Assembly (NCBI GenBank): GCA_013265495.1
Contig: MU058418.1
Coordinates: forward strand, 1,202,917 to 1,266,916
Reading direction: 5' to 3'
DNA length: 64,000 bases
Source: Vicugna vicugna
Taxonomy: Eukaryota
Program-made: the position numbers and the translations under genes
Notes under the pieces: model-generated
Told to the model about the DNA's origin: nothing
The model's database searches: none
Seen by the model: only the letters and a program-made list of their open reading frames with translations
Shown here: positions 1 through 12,920 of the stretch, piece by piece
Position numbering within the stretch: the stretch's first letter is position 1
Layout: each line of letters begins with the position of its first letter

Positions 1-723
1 GTATATTTAAATGTATAGCTGCCTCAAAAAATAAACAAAATTAAAACAGACATCTCCACCCAGTCTGCTACCCTTTTTTTGGTTCAGTATCTTTTTTGTA
101 CTTTTACTTGTCATTTATTTATGGAATTGTATTCTTAGCAAACAAAACAGTACAGTATGCAGTGTAGCTTTTCAATATTTAAATATATAGTTATTTCTCT
201 CATAGAACTTTTAAGTTATCAAAAAAGAATTAAGCTCAGAACTGTGTGTATAATATCCCAATTTCTCTATCTTTCTGTCTGTCATCATCTCTGTATGTAA
301 AGTAAAAACTGGAAGAATATAAGCTATAAGCAAACTTTCTTCTAAGAAGGGAATAGACTTTTATTCCTACTTTTATACATTTGATATTTGAATTTTTTAC
401 AATAAGCATGGATCACTTTTTTAGTTTAAAAAAGGTACATTTTTAGAGAATTAAGCAAAAAGATCTTAGTTATTAAAATATTTTATACCCTAGAACTAGA
501 AAAAGTCTCAACCTTTTTTCCTTTTATGCTTATTAAAAATGTATAAAACCTATTAATTGAATGCTGTCAAGAGAAATGCCAATAATTTTGATCTTTAAAT
601 TCTTACTTAATATAATTGCTTATCTAAGATATAAAACTTTGATTTATGTGGTTGTGTTTCTCCTCTTTTTTGAAATTTCTACAGTAAGCAATATTCCCTT
701 TGTAATAAAAGCATATTTAAGTG

Positions 724-2988
724 GGTATAGAAGAAACATATCTCAACATAACAAAAGCTATTTATGACAAACCCACAGCAAACATAATAGTCAATGGTGA
801 AAAGTTGAAAGCCTCCCCACTAAAATTGGAACAAGTCAAAGATGTCCACTCTCACTACTTCTTTTCAACATAGTATTGGAAGTCCTAGCCATAGCAATCA
901 GAAATGAAAAAGAAAAAGGAATCCAAATTGGAAGAGAAGAGGTTAAATTGTCACTATATGTGGAAGACATGCATAGAAAACCCTAAAGGCTCCACACAGA
1001 AACTACTAGAGCTGATAAAATAATTTGGTAAGGTAGCAGGATACAAGATTAACATACAGAAATCAGTTGCATTTCTTTACACTAATAATGAAATGTCAGA
1101 AAAAGAAAATAAAGAAATAATCCCTTTTAAAATTTCATCTGAAAAAATAAAATACTTAGGAATAAATCTGACCAAGGAAGTGAAAGACTTATATGTGGAG
1201 AACTACAGAACACTCATTAAGGAAATTAAAGATGACTTAAAGAAATGGAAAGATATCCCATGTTCTTGGATTGGAAGAATTAATATTTTTAAAATGGCCA
1301 TACTCCCCAAAGCAATCTACAGATTTAATATGATCCCTATCAAATTACCCAGGACATTTTTCACAGAATTAGAACAAATAATCCTAAAATTTGTATGGAA
1401 TCACAAAAGACCCAGAATTGCCATAGTATCACTAAAGAAAAAGAATGAAGCTGGAGGAATAACCCTCCCAGACTTCAGACAATACTACAAAGCTATAGTA
1501 ATCAAAGCAATGTGGTATTGGCACAAAAAACAGACATATGAATCAATGGAACAGAATAGAGAGCCCAGAAATAAACCCCCACACTTATGTTCACTTAATC
1601 TTCAACAAAGGAGGTAAGAATATACAATGGAGAAAAGACAGTCTCATCAACAAGTGGTGCTGGGAAAGCTGGACAGCCGCATATAAATCAGTGAAATTAG
1701 AACACTCCCTTACACCATATGCAAAAATAAACTCAAAATGGCTCAAAGACTTAAACATAAGACAAGACACTATAAACTTCATAGAAGAAAACACAGACAA
1801 AACACTTTCTGATGTAAATCTTAGCAGTGTTCTCCTAGGGCAGTCTACCTACGCAATAGAAATAAAAGCAAAAATAAACAAATGTGACCTAGGTAAACTT
1901 ACATGCTTTTGCACAGTGAAGGAAACCATAAGCAAAACAAAAAGACAGCCTACAGAATGGGAGAGAATATTTGCAAATAATGTGACTGACAAGGGCTTAA
2001 TTATAACAGCTTATGTATATAAGCAGCTCATACAGCTTAATAACAACATCAGCAAAACCCAATCCAAAAATGCAAAAGATCTAAACAAGCAGTTCTTTAG
2101 TGAAGATACACAAATGGCCAATAGGCACGTGATAAAATGCTCAATATCACTAATTATCAGAGAAATGCAAATTAAAACTATAATGTATCACCTTACATCA
2201 GTCAGAATGGCCATCATTAAAAAGTCCACAAACAATAAATGCTGGAGAGGGTAAGGAGGAAAAGGAGCCCTCCTACACTGTTGGTAGGAATGTATTTTGG
2301 TGCAGCCATTTTGGAAAAAACAGGTTTCTCAAAAAACTAAAAATAGACTCACCATATGATCTAGCAATCCCACTCCTGGGCATGTATCTGGAGGGAGTTC
2401 TAATTTGAAAAGATACCTGCACCCCAAAGTTCATAGCAGCACTATTTACAATAGCCAAGACATGGAGACACCCTAAATGTCCATCAACAGATGACTGGAT
2501 AAAGAAGTTGTGGTATATTTATATAATGGAATACTAACCAATGATAAAAAAGAGTAAAATAATGCCATTTGCAGCAACATGGGTGGACCTGGAGATTATC
2601 ATTCTAAGTGAAGTAAGCCAGAAAGAGAAGAAAAAAATACTATATGATATCACTTATATGTGGAATCTAAGGAAGAAAAAAAAAGGCAAAGGAACTTATT
2701 TACAAGACAGAAACAGTCTCACAGACATAGAAAACAAATTCATGTTTACCAAAGGAGGAGAAGGCTGTGGGAAGGGATAAACTGGCAGTTCAAGATTTGC
2801 AGATACTAGCTACAATATATAAAATACATAAACAACAATTTTCTACTGTATAGCGTAGGAAACTATATTCAATTATCTTGTAGCCTATAATGAAAAAGAA
2901 TATATATGTATGTGTATGACTGAAACATTATGCTCTACACCAGAAATTGACACAACATTGTAAACTGGCTATACTTCAATTTAAAAAA
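724..2988 (+). mobile_element. 5'-truncated LINE-1: 3' part of ORF2 (RT C-terminal half and C-terminal domain) plus 3'UTR
   Basis: ORFs 1093-1617, 1538-2254 and 2541-2780 give frameshifted ORF2 peptides ([52 protein letters not shown]). A-rich end, imperfect TSD atattta(a/g)gtg at 713-723 and 2989-2999. Confidence 0.95.
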
Positions 2989-4624
2989 ATATTTAGGTGA
3001 GGAAAATCTTTATTATTTCAATCTTTGCTTATGAGGTTAATATGTTGTACTTGTAAAGGATTTTTCTCCACACTATTTATTGTTCTTTTGTTCCAACTAG
3101 GAAGGGAAAAGCCAGACTGGACACTATAATAAGTTATTTTGTGAGGTGCTATTATTCTAATGGTATTATTCAGAATAGCTAAAAATATACACAATAGATC
3201 TTGAGGAAAATGTAAACTACTGGAATACGGTTCTCTTAGCGGTATATTTTTCTTTCCAAAGTCAAAGGCCTTTGACTTATGAGTATGCTCCCAAGGGTGT
3301 GTTAGTCTCCCTCCTTTTCCTCCTCAAATTTCCTAATTGCGTTTTTAGCTTGTGTAATTGTATTTGTCCTTTGTATACATAAATATACAAACTATTTTAG
3401 AATAAATTCCATTTGGTGGCTGATTAGTTTTATGCATTTGAATTGGATGGTGATAAGAGGTCACAGGTCTTGTAAATATCCTTGGAAATTAGGAAATTAC
3501 TTAGAGATCATGCCCTTTTGACTAGATTCATTCTCAACTTGGAAATAGCTTAGCTTTCACCCTCCTCCACCCTTCTGCAAAGTGGTTTGAATTATCTAGC
3601 TTAAGTGAATAAAATCAGAAATTTTGAGGTTTATTTTTCTTTAAAAATATAAACTGAGTGTTAGTATTTTTCAGACAATTAAGAGCTAACATCTAAGGGC
3701 TTTGGTTATAGTTCTTATGCTGCTGATTAGGTATTCCTCAGTGGTGATTAGTGAATGTACAAATGCAATCATTTGGTAGGGCTTAATCATTCATATGAGA
3801 GAAGTTAGTTACCCAGAAGGAGAAATTGAAGCTTGTATAACTTCCATTAGCCTTATTTTTTTAATAGCAAAAAAAAAGAAGAATTTTTGACTAAATTAGA
3901 AATATTGAGTCATATAAGATAAATTGTAGTTTAAAAGAAATAGAGAACCTGGGGAGATATACTTATATGAATATGTTGCTCTACTGTGTAGTATATTGTC
4001 TGTAGTATATTGTCAGTAGCTTATGAATAATTGGCCCTTACCAAACCAGGACAGATTTCCCTCAGAGAAGGAGAGTAGAAAGTACTACCTCAACAAGTGC
4101 ATCTCCTTTTTCTTTGTACTGGGTGACTGAGCCCCACAATTACAGCAGGGGCAACAGGGAGGAAATATCTCTTTTCCCAGGTTTACTACATTACTCAAAG
4201 TTGAGAAGAAGAGAGAGATGTGGCTATTCCTTTTTAAAAATAGGTGATCTGAGGCAAGGGGAGAGTGGAATGCCTTATTTGGGCAATGCTGTATTCCTCT
4301 CTGGTGAGATGGGTTACAGGGCCTGAGTCCTGAGGGCGAGGCCTGGAGATGGGGTTTGAGTGCCTTGGAATGATGAGCTAGGGGTGCCTGGGTGGGAGAC
4401 CACTGACTGCTTATGTTCAGCACTGTACGGTGGTGTGACTGTTAGATTCAAGGGTGGTTCTTCAAATGTGTTGTTCAAAAGCTTAGGTTTGTAGGCTTCC
4501 CCAGAGGACCAGCTTCTTCTTGGGGATTGTTTTATTCTAACCTAATTCACAATTGCTGATACATAAATTAGAAGGCTATATAGCTCTTCCAGCTTTCTAG
4601 CCCAGAGTTCTGGGTCTTTACTCC

Positions 4625-4731
4625 TAGGGTGACCAGTTATCCCAGTGTGCCCAGAACTCTTGTGGTATTAGCACTGAAAGTGCTGCTTCCAGAAAAACCT
4701 CTCAGTCCCAGAGGGATGGTTGATCACCCTG
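4625..4731 (-). mobile_element. MER81-like hAT-Blackjack non-autonomous DNA transposon
   Basis: Terminal inverted repeats TAGGGTGACCA...TGATCACCCTG and internal TTAGCACTGAAAGT match my recollection of MER81. Confidence 0.75.
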
Positions 4732-4914
4732 TGTTACTTCCCTTCGCCTCTTAGCAGCTGTAGCATGGGAGGAGGGGAAATACATTCTCACAGCCACTGT
4801 GTACAATCTCTTCCTTGTAGTACAGGTAACAGAACAGCCTTTGCATAGCAGTGCAACCTAGGATGCAGTTTCAGGAAGGAAGAATGTTGCTACATCTCAG
4901 GTGTGCCCAGTTAT

Positions 4915-5385
4915 TGCTTGTCTGATCATCAGTTGCTATGGAACAAATGACTGCAACATTTGGAGGCTTAAAAGAACATTATTTCATTATCCCTTTTGGT
5001 TTCTGTGGTTCTGGGATTTGAGAAAAGCTCAGCTGGCAGTCTGGCTCCCTCACTATGATAATGGCCACAACTGGAATAGCTGGGAACTGGTCAGACACCT
5101 CTGTCTTCATGTCATCTCAAGCCCATCTGTATGGGCTACTTTAAGCTCTCCTGTGGCTTGATTATCTCTGTGTAGGTGATGCTTACCTGGGTTCCAGAGC
5201 GAGTATTCCAGCCAACAAACTGACTCAGGTGGCATATCAGATATTATTGCATAGCATCATTTTCACCATAGTCACAAGATTCAAGGGGGGAGCAGAGACC
5301 CCACTTCTTGATGGTTGGAAGGTCAACATCACAATGTGTTGGGATGGAGAGCTTATTGCTGTCTTTGGAAAATATAATCTGCCGT
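4915..5385. mobile_element. Old MaLR (MLT1-type) solo LTR
   Basis: Typical MLT1 segments such as gcttaaaagaacattatt, ctggctccctcac and tttggaaaatataatctgcc. Boundaries approximate. Confidence 0.6.
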
Positions 5386-5678
5386 AATTACCTTAGCCTC
5401 TAAATGCAGTTTTTCATTAGTGAAAGTAGTTAAGTTATTAAAATACAATTTTTTTCTTCATGGATTTTCATAGTGCAATTTTTATTTCAAATGAAATGAA
5501 ACACCAGCCTATAAATGTTTCTTGAATTGTTCTGAAAACTGCTCACCATTATTCTACTGGAGTAAGTATGTTTATATGTGTGTGTGTGTGCGCACGTGCG
5601 TGCATGTGTATCCCCAAAAAGCCAACTGACCAAGATAGGTGTAACAAAAATTCATTTGTTTTCATAGTAAGAGTTTTA

Positions 5679-5680
<2 letters not shown>

Positions 5681-5709
<29 letters not shown>
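5681..5709 (+). repeat. (GT)n microsatellite, with a shorter (TG)n at about 5577-5590
   Basis: Read directly from the sequence. Confidence 0.95.
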
Positions 5710-5711
<2 letters not shown>

Positions 5712-6359
5712 TTTCCATGCACACATGCACCCAGGAGGATGGAAAGGAAAGAGTAATTAGGAGGAGAAAAGGACAGCAGTGGTACAGGATAATTCAGATT
5801 GAAGCCAGGCATCCACAACTGGAAAGAACTCTGAAGCCATTGAAGTCTGGAGAGGGAACTAAGGGGCAAGGGCAGTGGCAGTCATTTAGATGTGAAGGGC
5901 AGGAATACCTATAGCATCACTTTAGTATGATCATTTGGTTTAAAATGTGGGTGATAATGTTCTTATGCAGCTTTCCTAGACTGTCTGTCTCCCGTTGTGA
6001 TGCTTAAGACCCATGAGTTATTCTTTTTGGTAGCCTCCAGCTTCTTACTTCAGAGTAATGGAAATTGGGATTGAAAAAAAAAATCTACTGTGGTTATTTA
6101 GGGAATTTGCTGACAACACTGTTTTAACAGCTTCAGGAGGGCATGCTGCAAATCTTAATTTTATGAAACTGATATTTCTTGGCTTGTTACATGTTTAATA
6201 TTGCAAAGGTTGTGATTCTTACATGAGTTCTGTTGTTTTGTCCTAAACTCATTATTTTATTCAGGAAAATTTCAAAAATTAAAAAAAAAGGATAGCAGAA
6301 AAATTATAATTTTAAGCCATCATTTGTTTTAAAATATATTTTATGTGTTTGGATTGTAG

Positions 6360-6442
6360 GAATACTGTAATACAGTCCAGCTAGATTCTGGGATAGATTA
6401 TCGGAAAAGAGAACTTCCTGCTGCAGGAAAGCTCTACTACCT
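6360..6442 (+). CDS. AFG1L: AFG1-like ATPase (LACE1) internal coding exon, EYCNTVQLDSGIDYRKRELPAAGKLYY(L)
   Basis: Acceptor ttgtag at 6354-6359 and donor gtaagt at 6443. The 83-nt exon translates to a peptide I recognise from AFG1L/LACE1. It ends in phase 2 (CT), completed by the C at 31801. Confidence 0.95.
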
Positions 6443-9010
6443 GTAAGTTTTTTAAAATTTTAATTTTGTAAGTTTAATATGTAATAACCAACTAGGAAAA
6501 GATAAGAAAAATAAGCAGGGGAATTATTAGAACATGAAAGGCTAGTTCTGAAGCCTGTGATTTTTAAACTATAAAATGTTATAATGTTAACTTCTTTAAA
6601 CTGTGTTTTTTTGCCATCCACATTTGCATGATTTATAACGTGTGATTGGAGGAAACCCTAATTAGTTTTTGGGGGAGTAATGATGACAGATGGTTAGAAA
6701 GTAATGACTATCCTCTTGTAAGAAACTCTGGTATTAAGAGAATATCTTATTGTGCTAAAGTAATTAATTATTTGTGGACATCTTCTGACAAATGTGTCAT
6801 TTCTGTTCCCTGAAAATTGTTTTATTTTGTTAGACAATCTGTTTGTATTTATCATTGTTGATTGACTTCCTTACATAACTATGTAAAATATATGTGCACA
6901 AATACAACTGGATATATTTTGTCTTTTAAAACTCAGTCTCCTGAGTAGGAGCAATTTATAATAAGGGATGTATTTAGCATGTGCAGTTAATGCTGAAAGA
7001 CAAATATAGTTCGTTTTAAAATGTCATTTGTGAGAACTTGAAAGGAAAAAGTGCTTTACAAATGCAAACTGTTGTTTAGCATATGCTGCCAGTGTTGGGC
7101 ACATAGTGGATTCTCAGTAAATAGGTCTGTCTAGGGGCTAATTGTGATTTAACTCAAAGGCATGTTTCTGCTAATTTAAATTTTGATGACAACGTGCATA
7201 TGAGAGGTTCAGAAAAGTTCTCGTCTCTGCCACCTTGTAAGCAGAAGTACTTTACTGTTTTTGAAGCAGAAATTAGCTAGAAAAATCACATAATTAAAAT
7301 TGCATATTTTACAGTGTACCAAGGGGATTATTTCAGTTTATTATTCAGATTCTCATGATTATTATAGGAGGTTCTTCATCTGCCCTTAAGTACTTTGTCT
7401 TTAAAGTACTTTATAATTTTGAAAAATTCTTAGAGCACTTTTTTTTCTGCTTTAACTCGGACTTTTTCTCCTCAGCTCCTTTTATGTGTATGTTTTCTGG
7501 TCTTTTAATTTTTCTGTTATTCTCAAGCTTTCCCTGATTCTTTGCTACCTATTTCTTGATATGCCTAGTGTATGGTACTTAGAAAATAATTTATTATTTT
7601 TCCTTTATTATTTTTCAGTAAAGGTAATCCTTGTTCCCTATTTTCCCACAAAATGTATTCTTATGTGAAAGAATGAAAACATTTTCCTAAAGGGAAGTTC
7701 CTTAAACTAAGATGGTTGTCTGGGTCTAAATCATGAAATTTGTTTCTCAGTGTTAGGGAGGTCTCAGTGGAATTTACAGGAGGTGGAAATTCTGCTTTTG
7801 CTTGGAGCAGAGCCACTTTCTCTCTGACCTACCCTGTGTTGCTTCTTCCTCTTCCTGATAAACGTACTAAAAACACAGTGAAATTCAGGTTTGTGCTTTA
7901 AACATAGACTGGAGGAAATCAGAATCTAACAATGTCCCAGAGTCCAGGAAACTAGAATCTACAAAAGATGCCATGAAACTCTGGAACAGCTTCCTTAAAA
8001 ATATATGAATTCTTTAACCCTCAAAGAAACTAGATTTTTTTCATGGATTTTACATCAAAAGAGCTTTACCTAGTCTGATAACCAAGAATAGAGAGCCTGG
8101 AGGATATGTGTTCATAGAGCTAAGACAGATACATGTCCCTGAAGAGAACTGGGAATTAAAGTCATCTTAGAAGTGGGAGAATAAATATCAGGTACCAAAA
8201 TGGGATGCTAGAGATGTCTTTTATAGTGTTTCACATTGGCCCTTGTATAGAACTTCTTTCATGAAAGAGTAAAAGAAAAGTTTCATTTTAGCTTGTCCTT
8301 ACAGGAAAACTTATTAATTTGCCCTGTAAAATGGATTTCAATGTGCCATGCTATATATTGCCCTATTAAAGCATGTGTTTCTCTTTTTTACCCTTTGCCT
8401 AAACATCTGGAGTTGATTTCTGAGTATGCAAGTCCAGACTACCCCCTTGTCAATCTCACTGACACCCCAACTACCTGAAAAGAAAAACAAAATTCTCACT
8501 TCCCTCCAGGGGAACACCAAGCACTATCTCAGAATTTTATATGAACAGAATCCCACAGTCATTAATTCAATATTTTATTAGTCTAACTTTCCAAAAGCCA
8601 ATTGAAAATATACCAAAACTCAATCCAAATAATCTCGAGAGTTACCAGAGATGTTAAAAACTGCTCCAAAAGTTAACATGGAACAATTTCTATAACCGAT
8701 AATATTGTCTACATTACACAAGAAATAATTCATACAAGCCATTGTATGTTTGTATGTAATCTATTTCAGTTGTAGTTTTATATCATATTAAATTTAGAAA
8801 TCCTAGAGTACTTTTATAAATAAGTTCCAGATGTTTTTGGCTCATTCCAAGAAATTTTTGATCTCGTATAAAACAAACTTAAGAGAGAATTTAAATTTAT
8901 TATGTTACAAGCTTGAGCTTGAAGCCAAATGTCCAAACTTTTGCAAAGATCAAAATACCCCATGGTTGTTTTTTTTTTCATTCTGTGATCTCCCCAGAGG
9001 TGAGCCCAAA

Positions 9011-9215
9011 GTCACTTTCTTCCTGGTTTATTGGTGGATTGGACTCAGTAAGATTTCTATGAGGGGACTATGTTTTGCCAAAATCCATACAGGTCAACCA
9101 AGCATTGGGCTTCCTGTTTACACTTGGGTGGAGGTGTGGACAGTAGTTTATTTTGAACTACCTGATGTTTGCCAAGGTAGGCCCCATTTCATGCTTTCCA
9201 AAAAATTTAACTGCT
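9011..9215 (-). mobile_element. ERVL/MaLR-class internal region with a degraded pol (RT thumb) relic
   Basis: Minus strand reads AVKFFG...KLLSTPPPKCKQEAQCLVDLYGFWQ/HSPLIEILLSPIHQ*TRKKVT. This resembles ERVL pol (VKFLG...KLLHLAPPTTKKEAQRLVGLFGFWRQHIPHLGVLLRPIYRVTRK). The surrounding 8.6-11.7 kb is probably the same internal element. Confidence 0.7.
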
Positions 9216-9653
9216 TCAGATTTGCTCTCTGCTATGGGGCCACTAGAGATTATCATTTTATATATGCAACAATGAGCATCTCCTTTCCAACAGGAAATAC
9301 CACTGCTGAGGGGTCCATGGGATGCTACTCCAGACCATTTTACTGTCAATTCGGCGAAGGGTTATGTTTTCCTGGAGAGAGGAGATCAGGCCAACTTGGA
9401 CTTCCCCTCACTCTCTGTCTGTTTTCCTTTTTCATTCAGGAGCTGAGTTGTATAGGTTCTTTTTTCTACTAAATCTGTTGAAGGAACTTGAAGATGGTTC
9501 CTATTCAAACACTGTAACTCATTGTACTCACATTCAAACACCTTACCCCCAGCATAGAAGCCATGGTCTCAATGGAAGATTTTAAACTGAACCAGAAAGG
9601 GTTCAGGGGCCTTGGATTTGATTTTACTCTATTTATGAAGTAATGGGTTTACC

Positions 9654-10035
9654 TGTATTATTTCACGGATGCTGGCAGAAGACTCAAGAAACCCAGGTCT
9701 GAGACAAGTGTTTATAACTCTTGGCACAGATAGCATGTTGAATCCATTCCCTCCTTGCTGCCTGGTCCCACTGAGGAGTTCTGCAGAAGGCCCAGATGGA
9801 TACCTGCACAGACATGAGTTGTGTTACAGAAGAGGAGCTCTGAGTTTAGGGAATGTAACATCTTACAGCCAGAAGTAAGCAAGCCTGCTTTTTGTCTCAA
9901 GAGAAACATTGCCTCATCCCTCAGGGTGTCTTGCTGCAAACAACCTTAAGGAATGGTTACGTCCTTGCATTCTTGGCATACTCAGCAAGATGTGTAGGTG
10001 AATGAGAGACCCAGGGAGGACTGTGTCTCCTAACA
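9654..10035 (-). mobile_element. ERVL-type solo LTR (MER74/MER76-group-like)
   Basis: TG...CA ends. The minus strand begins TGTTAGGAGACACAGTCCTCCCTGGGTCTCTC...TCTTGCTGAGTATGCCAAGAATGCAAGG, as I recall for this LTR group. Confidence 0.6.
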
Positions 10036-11759
10036 GGGGACATTAACCCAACTTTTAACCTTAAATAAGCCAGGCTTTCTCCCTTTATTTCATTCACCAA
10101 AGTCATCCACCACTTCAACAAAATTATATCTGAATATGTTATTCAGTTATTTAATACTTCAGTTAAATTGTCTCATGACCATTTCAGCTTCATGTATATA
10201 GGGACCGTGGATCATACTGAAATGATGAAAAATATGTTACAACTTTTCAGACACAGCCCAAATATTCACATATTTTTACCTGGCCAGTATATATATAGTA
10301 CATATTTTCATCCATCTTTTGAACAGTTTTCAAAAAGGAGTTTCTTCTTGTATACTTTTACCAGTGGAAACTTCATGTCTCAAGTACTCTTTAATTTTCC
10401 ACTTGGGAAACATCTGTTCCAAATGGGAAATTATTTCTAAGGATATATCTTTCAACACCATTAAAATAAAGTTTACTGGCTAAAAACACACAGTTTCAAG
10501 GTTATAGCTCTGTTTTAGAAGAAAAGTCTGTGAAAACAGACTGGAACTCACTCATGTTAAAACTTACTTCCCCACAATTAAAAACTTCTTGATTCTTGTC
10601 TGTGATATTCCTACACACACTAACTGGAATAACCATCAATGACAATTTAAAACATTTCTTAGCTCAATTTTCACATCTTCTCATACTTGAAACATTGGCC
10701 GAGATCTGTCTTCTGCCTGGAAAGTCAGCAGACTTTCTAGGACATCTTGGGACCTTCTCCTCATCCCCCACCACTACTATTCCACATGTTTCTGTCACAG
10801 ATATTGGAATCTATAGTTTTAGTCTTAGTTTTTCTTACCAGTTAGAGTACCACCCAGTCATTTCCTATTTCACTATTTCAGTTCCCACTGAAGAACCTCT
10901 GAAACATCTGCCAGTAGAAGCAACTTGAAAATTGTTAAGTCTAGCCCCCTTCGTAGTAGACTGATTTGTTTCAGTTCCATGTACTAGATGGCCCAGAGTC
11001 CTCACAGCAGGCTGTGTGCATATCCTATTGAAACAATCAATCTCGTCATCTGCAACAAAGCTTTTTGGACTGATGCCAAACATGGGCCTACTCTAATTTT
11101 CCTTCAGTTCCCTGAATTCTCTCATGTATCTTACAGAGTCTTCTACATTCACATCATCCCAACTTCTCACACTAGTTTGCATGGCATTGCAATGGAGCAG
11201 TGATGATATTGAAGGGAAAATACCACAGTGAAAGAATATGAAATTTATTTAGCAGCAAACATACCCGTACGGAGACAGTTCCGCAAAACAGAAGACAATA
11301 TAGCATATTTTCATTGGAAGTTTGTTTCCTGGCTCATGCATGTCCGTTAGCTGATAAAGATAGCATCTGATCTGGATGAGGGTCCCTTGAGGTCACGTTT
11401 GCCATTCTTGGATGAATGGCTTGGGGAGACTCTGGCTTATGTGCCTGCTTGTTCACCAGGTACAGTTACCAGGTACATACCTTAGGACATGCCTGAGTAT
11501 TCACTGTCAATCTGTGAATCAAAGGTCAGTTTCCCATCTTTCATCAAGACTAGACACTAGGCCTTCCTAAAGTTGACTCCTCAGAGGGTAGGGGACAGCA
11601 TTTCTGCTTCTGGCAATTAGAGAAACTGTCTAGTTTCATGGGGTTCACATTGTTGATCTGGCCAATTCTTTGGTATAGGGAAGGGAAAAAGACTGTTGGG
11701 GACATTTTTGATGTTTATAAAATAAATGTTATTCCTTCTTGGCATCATAATGCAGAAGA

Positions 11760-11990
11760 TGTAGGTTTATCTACTTAAGACATATGCATATTCATAAACT
11801 AAATATTTACAGATAAAATAATATAATGCCTGGGATGTGCTTTAAAGTAATCCAGGATGGGGGAATGGAAGGGAGGTGTAGATGAAACAAAATTGGCTGT
11901 GTATTGAGTGGGTGATTGTTTTGTCAGGTTTATTATACTATTGCCTTTACATACACATGTGTGAAATTTTCCAGAATAAAAAGGTTTTTT
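11760..11990 (+). mobile_element. Ancient L1M(E/C) 3' end fragment
   Basis: aatatttacagat...ctgggatgtgctttaaa...gatgaaacaaaattggc...ccagaataaaaagg. Confidence 0.6.
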
Positions 11991-12309
11991 TGAAAAGACA
12001 CAAATGTCTGTTTTTTTTATTTTGCTAAAGAGAGCTTTATTAATGCTATTCATCTTCTCAAAGAAACAGTTTTTGTGTTTTTTATTTTCTCTTTTGCTTT
12101 TTGTTATATTTCATCGATTTTTGTACTTCTCTTTATAATTTATTCTGCTTAGTTTGAATTTAATTTGCTCTTCTTTTTCTAGTTTTTAAAGATAGAAACC
12201 TAAGTCCTTGATTTTAAACCTTTCTGCTCTTCTTACATAAGCATTTAAAAAAAATTCCTTGAAATATTTTTATTTCTTTGAACTGTTGCTTGCTATGGAT
12301 CATGATGCT

Positions 12310-12698
12310 TTTTTTATTTTTTATTGAAGTGTAGTCAATTTACAGAGTTAGTTTCAGATGTATAGCAGTGGTTCAGTTACACATACACATACATACATAT
12401 ATTTTTTTTCAGTTTATTTTCCATTACAGCTCATTATAAGAAATTGAATATAGTTCTCTGTGCTATACAGTAGATCCTTGTTTATCTATTTTATATATAG
12501 TAAGTGTATCTATTAATTCCAAACTCCTATCCCTTCTCCCCTACACCCCGGTAACCAGTTTGTTTTGCATGTCTGTGAGTCTGTAAATAAAATGTATTAT
12601 CTTTTCTCTTCCTTCCTTCCTTCCTTCCTTCCTTCCTTCCTTCCTTCCTTCCTTCCTTCCTTCCTTCCTTCCTTCCTTCTTTCCTTTCTTTCTTTCTC

Positions 12699-12761
<63 letters not shown>

Positions 12762-12920
12762 CTTTCTCTTTCCTCTCTTTCTCTCTCTCTCCTTCTCCCT
12801 CTCCTTGCCTGCCTCCCTCTCCCTCACTCTCTCTCTTTCTTTCCTTTAGATCCCACATATAAGCAATATTATATATTTGTCTTTCTCTATCTGACTTACT
12901 TCACTTAATATGATAATCTT
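12310..12920 (-). mobile_element. Younger L1 3'UTR fragment nested in the old L1
   Basis: tttattgaagtgtagtcaatttaca...ctgtgctatacagtag...agatcccacatataag...tgacttacttcacttaa. Confidence 0.8.
12601..12847 (+). repeat. Compound polypyrimidine microsatellite (TTCC)n-(TTTC)n-(TC)n
   Basis: Read directly. It sits at the internal A-rich tract of the L1 3'UTR and produces the spurious KERK/EGRK ORFs. Confidence 0.95.

Noticed and set aside
1093..2254. Long ORFs suggesting an active reverse transcriptase gene
   Set aside because: 5'-truncated, multiply frameshifted L1 ORF2 fragment.
3987..4014. 14-bp tandem duplication tgtagtatattgtc x2 (similar case at about 36178-36210)
   Set aside because: Ordinary replication-slippage duplication.
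8831..9472. 213-aa + strand ORF
   Set aside because: No recognisable protein. It is the antisense of the decayed ERVL-like pol relic.
12541..12858. Charged KERK/EGRK and FLPS/FFLS ORFs
   Set aside because: These are translations of the (TTCC)n/(TTTC)n microsatellite.
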